Positions 23,542 to 29,517 of a stretch of 29,517 nt of DNA are shown here, one piece after another. The stretch comes from a virus (taxonomy: Duplodnaviria; Caudoviricetes). The translations under genes and the position numbers were made by a program. Under the pieces are notes generated by a model. That model did no database searches and had not been told where the DNA came from. It worked only from the letters and a program-made list of their open reading frames with translations. The stretch's first letter is position 1; every line of letters starts with the position of its first letter. The stretch covers positions 1 through 29,517 of IMG/VR virus record IMGVR_UViG_3300025066_000112; one strand, given 5' to 3'.

Positions 23542-24994
23542 CTGATTGCAAGGGTACGGTTTCGGGTTGCTGTTTCAAATCGTCGCCAAAGGCCAACCCC
23601 TTCTCCTCGGCCAATTGTTTGTCCATTGCAATTTGGTCAAACACGTCCTCCACATCTCCCCCACTCTCGGCAACAATGGACCGGCGAGATTTTAACCCGG
23701 CCTCAACTGCCTGGACATTGGCTTGCAAATCCTTGAGAGGGTCCACCCATGCCCACCGTCTCGGCTTCCATTGCGGGGCATTCATCTTGTCAAACCGATT
23801 TATGTTAAATGGGAAATGGTTTGCCAATATGCTTGACTCCAACCAGGACTCAAAAACCGGGCTAACAAATGAATCGGTAAACCATTGTTGGACTTTCTTA
23901 AAGTGTTCCCTCTCCTCCAACACCCCTGCCCGGATGCTTGAATAGTTCACACCCTCCAGGTCATTTGCCAACATATTGTAAGAAACACCCAGGCCGGCGG
24001 AGATGCCACGGAGACAGGTTTTAACAAAGTCCTTGTAAGCTGTCGTTGGGTGGGAAGGGTTCCACTCCTGGAATTTCATGCCGCTTGGCAATTCTTCAAT
24101 GGTTCCAGGTTCGGCCTCCATCAAAACGTTGAGGTCCGCCGGGTCCTCCTCCCCGGTGTATCCCTCGGAGTTTTCCTTGAGCAACCACCCCATCTTACAA
24201 CTTGAAACTCGGGCCGCAACCACCTCTGCCTCCTCGTAGCCGGCCAACTGTTGTAACCTGGTCATGGCACTAACCATCCAGGGGACTCCACGGGTTTGGC
24301 TAATTCTCTCCTGGTTAAATATGTGGATTATTTCGTTGGCCGGTATGCGATGCCGTTTGCGGTAGCTTGCTGCATAGGTGTCCCCGGGGTGGGATTCTAA
24401 AATGTGATAGGCAACCGGTTTTCCAAATGGGTCCACCTCCACCCCCATCCTTATCTCGTTACCATCTGGCAAGGCTTGGTTGTGTTCCGAGTCAAGACGG
24501 TCCGCCTCGATTATCTGCAAGGCAAATCCAAAGGGGTTGCGGTATCCGCGAATCATGCGGACCAACACGTCCCCGTCCCGGGCACAACTGCGAAGGGCAA
24601 GACGTTGAAAATCTCGCCATGTCATTTTGCCAGTGGGTGTGCAATTGTTTGCCCTGCCCCATGTGTTCCATGCCTTCTCGATAGCAAAGTTGGCAAATCG
24701 GTCCGGGTGCCCCGGTTGGTCCATCACCTTCATCTGCAAACCAATCCCATGGGCACCGAGTACATTGTTCTCCATGCCGTCCAGGTAGCGGCGGACATAA
24801 TCATTGTTCCGTTCCAACTCCCGGCAGCGTCCCCGGAGTTTTTTTAGGTCCCTCCTAATCTCCTCGTCTGCCGTTGTGGATGGGCTTAACCAATCACTGG
24901 TTAGCCGGGAAACGTTTGCCCCGTTGTAACTCCTCTTTTGAGGCTTAACATATCCAAACCTCTTGGCTAATTTATCAACTAAACCCATGTTCAA
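23534..24994 (-). CDS. Portal protein, lambda family
   Basis: LRGRCRELERNN, GVEVDPFGKPVAYH, QTRGVPW, NYSSIRAG and WVDPLKD motifs. Confidence 0.95.
   Translation of the reverse strand: MNMGLVDKLAKRFGYVKPQKRSYNGANVSRLTSDWLSPSTTADEEIRRDLKKLRGRCRELERNNDYVRRYLDGMENNVLGAHGIGLQMKVMDQPGHPDRFANFAIEKAWNTWGRANNCTPTGKMTWRDFQRLALRSCARDGDVLVRMIRGYRNPFGFALQIIEADRLDSEHNQALPDGNEIRMGVEVDPFGKPVAYHILESHPGDTYAASYRKRHRIPANEIIHIFNQERISQTRGVPWMVSAMTRLQQLAGYEEAEVVAARVSSCKMGWLLKENSEGYTGEEDPADLNVLMEAEPGTIEELPSGMKFQEWNPSHPTTAYKDFVKTCLRGISAGLGVSYNMLANDLEGVNYSSIRAGVLEEREHFKKVQQWFTDSFVSPVFESWLESSILANHFPFNINRFDKMNAPQWKPRRWAWVDPLKDLQANVQAVEAGLKSRRSIVAESGGDVEDVFDQIAMDKQLAEEKGLAFGDDLKQQPETVPLQSDE
23551..23578 (-). promoter_or_regulatory. 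Putative late promoter TTGAAA-N16-TACCCT
   Basis: ATTTGAAAC motif within the end of the portal gene; -10 ends 9 nt before ATG 23541. Confidence 0.55.
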
Positions 24995-25563
24995 AACCTT
25001 GCTTTTACGAGTCTCCCGGTGCCGTGCTTGTTCTCCGTCTGCCGCTTGGCCTCCTCCAGTTTTAACTTGTCCTCGTAACGTTGCAGGAGGTCCGCCAATT
25101 CCTGGATGGGGATTTTATTAATTGAACGTCCACCAATGTTGTAACTCTCCAGGTCGGAGCCGGCGCGTCCCTCCAGAACACTCCGGATGGTTTCAACCAT
25201 AACCCTTGCGTGGGTCCGTTGGTCTGTAGTGGCGGAAGTGGCTAGGGCATTGAGGTTGGCCTTGATAACCAACTTGCCCGAGTCAACAAGGTAACGCTCC
25301 GAGGACTTGGAGGAGTAGGCTTGCCAAGCATAGGTGCCGGCAGTGTAATTGGCGGTAGTCGCCGCCGTAACGCTGACTGCAAAATAACCGGCGGAGGAGT
25401 TGCCGGTTGCGCTTATGTCAAACCCCGTGCCGGTGTCGCTTCTAAATGAATAATCCAAGGCCCACCCATCGCCCGGGGTGTAGTCCACCACGGTCTTGTT
25501 AAACTTGAGGGTGTCCCCGGCAATTAACTCATACGGTTCTATTGTCGGTACAGTCGCCGCCAT
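24991..25563 (-). CDS. Head completion protein (gpW-like C-terminus with N-terminal beta domain)
   Basis: SYNIGGRSINKIPIQEL; directly upstream of lambda portal. Confidence 0.7.
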   Translation of the reverse strand: MAATVPTIEPYELIAGDTLKFNKTVVDYTPGDGWALDYSFRSDTGTGFDISATGNSSAGYFAVSVTAATTANYTAGTYAWQAYSSKSSERYLVDSGKLVIKANLNALATSATTDQRTHARVMVETIRSVLEGRAGSDLESYNIGGRSINKIPIQELADLLQRYEDKLKLEEAKRQTENKHGTGRLVKARF

Positions 25564-25572
25564 TTAGTGGCG

Positions 25573-25600
25573 ATTGTAGGGGCGGAATGGTGTGTTTCAA
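25573..25600 (-). promoter_or_regulatory. Putative late promoter TTGAAA-N16-TACAAT
   Basis: ATTTGAAAC motif; -10 ends 9 nt before ATG 25563; no Shine-Dalgarno. Confidence 0.65.
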
Positions 25601-25767
25601 ATATCCACCTTGCGAGGTCTGCCCCTTGGACGTGCCCCCGGTTTGGGAGGTTTGCTTGCGTTAGCTTGGGATGATGCCTTTTTGGCCTCGCTTGTCCTGC
25701 TCCCCATGAGACTGCCAAGGTTCAACTTGGCACCACACTCGGGGCACTTGATTGGTTTTTTAGCCAC
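25597..25767 (-). CDS. Small basic DNA-binding protein (CPEC knuckle, SEAK..S..N motif, AT-hook-like RGRPRK)
   Basis: Likely GTG start just after the upstream stop; last gene of the moron. Confidence 0.65.
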   Translation of the reverse strand: MAKKPIKCPECGAKLNLGSLMGSRTSEAKKASSQANASKPPKPGARPRGRPRKVDI

Positions 25768-25768
25768 G

Positions 25769-26029
25769 TTAGTTAAGGTGGTTGCCCTTTGCCTCGCCTG
25801 ACACACCCCACTCCACCATGCCCCCGTCTATTATAATGGGGTCCGGTCTTTTGGCCTCCACGTTGGTAAACACCAAGTCCGCCGCCCGTGTCCCTTCTTT
25901 GTTTTGGATGGTAACAATCAACTCCCTCCCGATTGCCTCAACGCCAAGGAACTCGTTAATTGCCGCCGGCATTCCCTCATGGAAAAAGCCGGCCAAATTG
26001 AAGCACGTTGTTGTAGCTTGTTCATTCAT
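25769..26029 (-). CDS. Moron hypothetical protein
   Basis: Start MNEQATT set by ATGA overlap; 86 aa. Confidence 0.6.
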   Translation of the reverse strand: MNEQATTTCFNLAGFFHEGMPAAINEFLGVEAIGRELIVTIQNKEGTRAADLVFTNVEAKRPDPIIIDGGMVEWGVSGEAKGNHLN

Positions 26030-26388
26030 GGGTTTCCCTTCTTTTGTAAGGCAATGAACAACTGCAACTCGTCTAGTTCCTGGCTCAATGCCTTGTACTG
26101 TTCCCGGGCCTCCGGGGTTTGGTTTGCTGCTTGCCAATGTCCGCCATGGGGGCGTTGCTCGTAACTGTTCCACCACCCCCGGGCTTCTGCCAAGTGGTAA
26201 AGGTTGTCAACCTCGTCCACGTCCAACTCCACACCCTGCCCGTTGACCGTGTACCCGTCCCACTCCCTTAACTGCTTGGCAACCTCTTTGCCACACTTAA
26301 CTTGGTAGTCCTTGCCCGGTTTAGCCTCCAGGCAGAGGGGGGAGAGTGTGGTTGCCCCCAACACCTTTAACATTGTTCTCCGTGTCAT
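26026..26388 (-). CDS. Moron protein with twin-arginine (Tat)-like signal
   Basis: MTRRTMLKVLGATTLSPLCLEA; start at 26388 set by ATGA overlap. Confidence 0.6.
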   Translation of the reverse strand: MTRRTMLKVLGATTLSPLCLEAKPGKDYQVKCGKEVAKQLREWDGYTVNGQGVELDVDEVDNLYHLAEARGWWNSYEQRPHGGHWQAANQTPEAREQYKALSQELDELQLFIALQKKGNP

Positions 26389-26915
26389 TTGGATTTTGTC
26401 CCTTTCGTTGTCGCCTTGTTGCGCCACTGGTCGTCATTGTAGCAATCTCGCCCGGGTTCTTTGTGGTATGCCATTCCCGGCTTGGTGTGTGCCATAAAGG
26501 CTGCCCTCCGGTAAGTGTTGCTTGCCAGCGCATCGGCCACCTCGATAATTGAGGGTTTAAGTCGGTCTGTCATTGTTGAAACAATGAACTCGTCACTCTC
26601 TGCAAAAGAGGCGCACAGGTGAATTGTTTCGTGGATTAAAAGGGTGGTAAATGCCGGCTTATTGCGAACCCTTCCGCTAATCACGCAATAGCCAACTCCG
26701 CGCATGGCCCAACCTCCATTTTTTCCGCCCGTCAACCTGTTTGGGCCTAGAGTCCTGTCGCTGTAGGAGATGCTAACCACCACCGGCTCCTGGGGGCGTT
26801 TCAAATAATAACCATGGTATGCCATAACGGTAATGGTCCCTAAAACAATGGCACGCATTTCCTCCTTCTTTATAAAAGACGGAGCCTTGCCCTTAACTGT
26901 TATCCCTGATGTCAT
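26385..26915 (-). CDS. Moron HEXXH zincin-like metallopeptidase
   Basis: GGWA...FTTLLIHETIHLC...E. Confidence 0.7.
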   Translation of the reverse strand: MTSGITVKGKAPSFIKKEEMRAIVLGTITVMAYHGYYLKRPQEPVVVSISYSDRTLGPNRLTGGKNGGWAMRGVGYCVISGRVRNKPAFTTLLIHETIHLCASFAESDEFIVSTMTDRLKPSIIEVADALASNTYRRAAFMAHTKPGMAYHKEPGRDCYNDDQWRNKATTKGTKSK

Positions 26916-27112
26916 TTTGCCACCACCTTCCGAATGCGTTGACCGCTTGGGGTTGTATGCACTTCAGTTTTGACAAGTCCCTTTTTCTGCAATGCGTTGA
27001 TTGTTCGGTTGTCCTTGTTGCCGCGTGAAAAGAAAAAGCCTTTTGCGGCGATGCGGCCAAGGATGTATTCCTGCAACTTGCCCTGCAAATCGCAATAATC
27101 TAGGTTGTTCAT
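26912..27112 (-). CDS. Moron small winged-helix-like protein
   Basis: QEYILGRI...RTINALQKKGLV; first gene after the moron promoter. Confidence 0.6.
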   Translation of the reverse strand: MNNLDYCDLQGKLQEYILGRIAAKGFFFSRGNKDNRTINALQKKGLVKTEVHTTPSGQRIRKVVAK

Positions 27113-27156
27113 GTTTTTTTATTTGTGGCTCGGGCTTATTCCCTGCCGGTCCAAGT

Positions 27157-27185
27157 AACCTACCAGTTAGCTTTTAGGTTGTCAA
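27157..27185 (-). promoter_or_regulatory. Strong sigma70-type moron promoter with overlapping inverted repeat
   Basis: TTGACA-N17-TAGGTT, TGn extension, upstream A-tracts; AACCTA-N12-TAGGTT dyad at 27157-27180. Confidence 0.8.
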
Positions 27186-27215
27186 CCCCTTTTGGTGTTT
27201 TTTTTATATTTTTTT

Positions 27216-29093
27216 TTAGTGCCTAAAGCTCCCAACAAAACCACCCCCTTTTGGTGGTCTTTGCCGTTTGGGTTTCCTCTCCTCGTCGGTCTTGGGTGGC
27301 TCATCCTTTGCCCGGGCCAACTTGTCCAGGTTGGGGTTAAGTATTATCAAAGCAGCATAGGCATAAATTCTAACGTCTAACGCTTCGTTTCTTGCCCCGC
27401 CACTTTTCTTAACCCAGGCCCGGGTCTTAACCCCGCGCTTGGTTTCGGTAACTGCCTTCTCACTGGTCAATTGCGTAAACCATTCCTCGTCATATCCCTG
27501 GCCAATTTGGAAATGGCAGAACCCAAACCCCGGGTCCTCGATTCTTAACCTTCCATAAATCAACTCCTTGGCCGTGTCGGTGCCGATGGTGTAGAGGTGG
27601 ACTCGCTTAACACTGGACTTGCTGGGCCGGCTAACAATGGGCTTGCCGAATCCTCCCATGCCTTTAATGGCAAAGACATTCCTGGGCTGCCGAGGCTTAA
27701 CGAACTCGTAAACTAGGTGGGCCTGAAAACCGGAGTCCACACACACACCGGCAATGGGGAGACTCCTGCCCCCCTCCGTTTCAAAACGCGATTGCATCCA
27801 CTCGTCCAGGTTCTTCCAAACTCCCGGGTGGGAGGGTTCCCCTAGGAACTGCCGGTATTCAATCGACCAACTCTCCTCACCCGGACCCCACCCCACAACC
27901 TCTGCCTCCAACCGGTCCGCTTGAACATCCACCCCGGCAGTTAAGAGGCAAACACCCTCGGGCACTTCCGCCGTGTATGTCTCCCGTCTTGCCATGAGGT
28001 AGTGGGGTTGGATTTCCTCATGCACGTCCTCCCATGCCTCCGCCATGAATGTGTTGGTCCAGGTCTTAATCCCCTCCGTTCCCCTTTTCTTTGCGTCCAG
28101 AAAACCCGCAACTGCCTGGTGTAACCTGTTCCTGAAACCCTTTTTGGCCGGGAACATGGAACACAAGCCATTTAAATAATAGCCACGCTTGCCGTTGAAC
28201 TCCTCCGTTGCTCGCCACTCCCCGCTGCCAATCATCTGTAACCGCTCCCGCTCGCTTAACGTCTCCTCGCAGGATTCGCACTTGTAATGTGCCGTTTCCA
28301 TCTGTCTCTCCTCCCAAAACACTTGCCGCCATTTTAACGTCTGGAACTCCCCACACTTTGGGCACGGACAAAACCACTCACATTGGTCTGTCATGGAATA
28401 CTCCACTTCCACTTTGCTTATTCCCTTAACGGTTGGGGTGCTGGTCTTAATATTTATAGCGTTGTGGAATGTGTCCGTCCTCCGTTCTGCCAGGGAGATG
28501 GGGTCCCCCTCGGTGCCGGCACTGGACGGGTAACGGTCAATCTCATCGCACAACAAAACACGGATTGGACGGGCAGCCAACGAGGCAGGAGAGTTGGCAC
28601 CGGCCATGGTGATGTGTCCACCGAGAAACCTTTTATGCAGCTTGGTGTTGCCACTGTCCCTTGCCTTGGGGTCGGACACCAGCCGCTTGAGGACCGGGGT
28701 GTCCCTTACCATGGGTGCCAACCTGTCCCCACTCCATGTGGTTGCCATCTCCAAGGTGGGTTGGAGGCACAAAATCGGGGAGGGGTCTTGATGGATAAAG
28801 TAACCCACCACGTTGTTAATGCACTCGGTCTTGCCTGTTTGAGCAGCCCACATGAGGACCACCGATTGGACAGACGGGTCCATTACCGCATCCATTGGGC
28901 CGGCCTGGTAGGGGGCGGACTTTAGACGGTAGGCACCTGGCCTTGCACTGGACTCACTCGAAAGCCTCCGGTGTTTCTCCGCCCATTCCGCCACCGTCAT
29001 CCTCGGGGGTGGCCTCCAGGCTTGAAACGTCTCGTCCAATCTCTCCAGAACGGGCAACCACTCGCTCGGCACTTTTGAGCCTGGTAAGTTCAT
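27216..29093 (-). CDS. terL: Terminase large subunit, lambda GpA family
   Basis: AAQTGKTE Walker A, LLCDEIDRY Walker B, STPT, CPKC/CESC, GVDVQADR and RNEALD motifs. Confidence 0.97.
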   Translation of the reverse strand: MNLPGSKVPSEWLPVLERLDETFQAWRPPPRMTVAEWAEKHRRLSSESSARPGAYRLKSAPYQAGPMDAVMDPSVQSVVLMWAAQTGKTECINNVVGYFIHQDPSPILCLQPTLEMATTWSGDRLAPMVRDTPVLKRLVSDPKARDSGNTKLHKRFLGGHITMAGANSPASLAARPIRVLLCDEIDRYPSSAGTEGDPISLAERRTDTFHNAINIKTSTPTVKGISKVEVEYSMTDQCEWFCPCPKCGEFQTLKWRQVFWEERQMETAHYKCESCEETLSERERLQMIGSGEWRATEEFNGKRGYYLNGLCSMFPAKKGFRNRLHQAVAGFLDAKKRGTEGIKTWTNTFMAEAWEDVHEEIQPHYLMARRETYTAEVPEGVCLLTAGVDVQADRLEAEVVGWGPGEESWSIEYRQFLGEPSHPGVWKNLDEWMQSRFETEGGRSLPIAGVCVDSGFQAHLVYEFVKPRQPRNVFAIKGMGGFGKPIVSRPSKSSVKRVHLYTIGTDTAKELIYGRLRIEDPGFGFCHFQIGQGYDEEWFTQLTSEKAVTETKRGVKTRAWVKKSGGARNEALDVRIYAYAALIILNPNLDKLARAKDEPPKTDEERKPKRQRPPKGGGFVGSFRH

Positions 29094-29463
29094 TTAATAT
29101 TTCATCCTTGCTTATGTCATCCATGGTGCTTGCCATTATCCTGGAACGGCAGGAAACAAACACGTCCTCCATGTATCTCCCCACCACGTTCCGGGGTATC
29201 CACTTGCCCTGGAGGATTAACAGCTCTGCCTCCAGTTTTTTGCATTGAGCTAGTAACCTTCTGTTTTTAAGCTGAGTCTCGGTGAGGTTACTCCCGTTGT
29301 CTCGCCCCTTGTTTTTGACGAACTCCAACCACAACTCTAATGAGTAATTACCGTCCCCATCCGGTTGTGGGCTTTCCGGGTCCTTACGCCAATTATACAC
29401 CGACTGCCGGGAGACTCCCAACAAGTAAGCCAACTTGGTGGCATTTACCTTTTCTCCTTTCAT
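28954..29463 (-). CDS. terS: Terminase small subunit (Nu1-like)
   Basis: N-terminal HTH LAYLLGVSRQSVYNW, coiled coil, overlaps terL. Confidence 0.85.
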   Translation of the reverse strand: MKGEKVNATKLAYLLGVSRQSVYNWRKDPESPQPDGDGNYSLELWLEFVKNKGRDNGSNLTETQLKNRRLLAQCKKLEAELLILQGKWIPRNVVGRYMEDVFVSCRSRIMASTMDDISKDEILNELTRLKSAERVVARSGEIGRDVSSLEATPEDDGGGMGGETPEAFE

Positions 29464-29506
29464 TGGTCAACCAGGGTTAAATGGCTTTTTCTAAAAAAAT
29501 CATGCA

Positions 29507-29517
29507 GACCCGTCCCT
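29507..29517. repeat. Right copy of 11-bp terminal direct repeat; probable cohesive end
   Basis: Identical to 1-11. Confidence 0.75.

Noticed and set aside
26792-26806. Sixth ATTTGAAAC promoter (15 bp identical to 19992-20006)
   Set aside because: Inside a CDS, with no -10-like hexamer at 16 bp and no nearby start codon
701-29248. Numerous + strand ORFs in the track
   Set aside because: Nearly all are antisense to well-supported minus-strand genes and none shows recognisable motifs

Overview
The window looks like a complete ~29.5 kb temperate lambda-like (cos-type) siphophage genome, with every credible gene on the minus strand. It begins and ends with the same 11-mer (GACCCGTCCCT), just upstream of the small terminase and 20 bp from a copy of the lambda cosQ heptamer GGGTCCT. 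Gene order in transcription direction: terS, terL (GpA family), a five-gene moron with its own promoter, gpW-like, lambda portal, fused protease-capsid, head-tail and tail genes, a C1q-type fibre module, a holin/spanin-like cluster with no recognisable endolysin, an HEXXH protein, a metallophosphoesterase, attP (3' end of tmRNA or tRNA-Ala), a tyrosine integrase, a control region with two ribbon-helix-helix (RHH) genes and xis, then recombination and replication genes. A Verrucomicrobiota/PVC host is my guess from protein style and is unverified. The most notable signals not in the ORF track: (i) a hydrophobic ORF that reads across the cos junction and is stop/start coupled to terS; (ii) five ATTTGAAAC-type promoters of fixed geometry predicting leaderless structural-gene mRNAs; (iii) a 370-bp direct-repeat-flanked cassette with an orphan basic ORF and a predicted three-way-junction RNA; (iv) a four-copy palindromic operator and an RHH gene starting at ATT; (v) a moron encoding a Tat-signal protein and a zincin. 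All calls were made by eye and no database searches were run.
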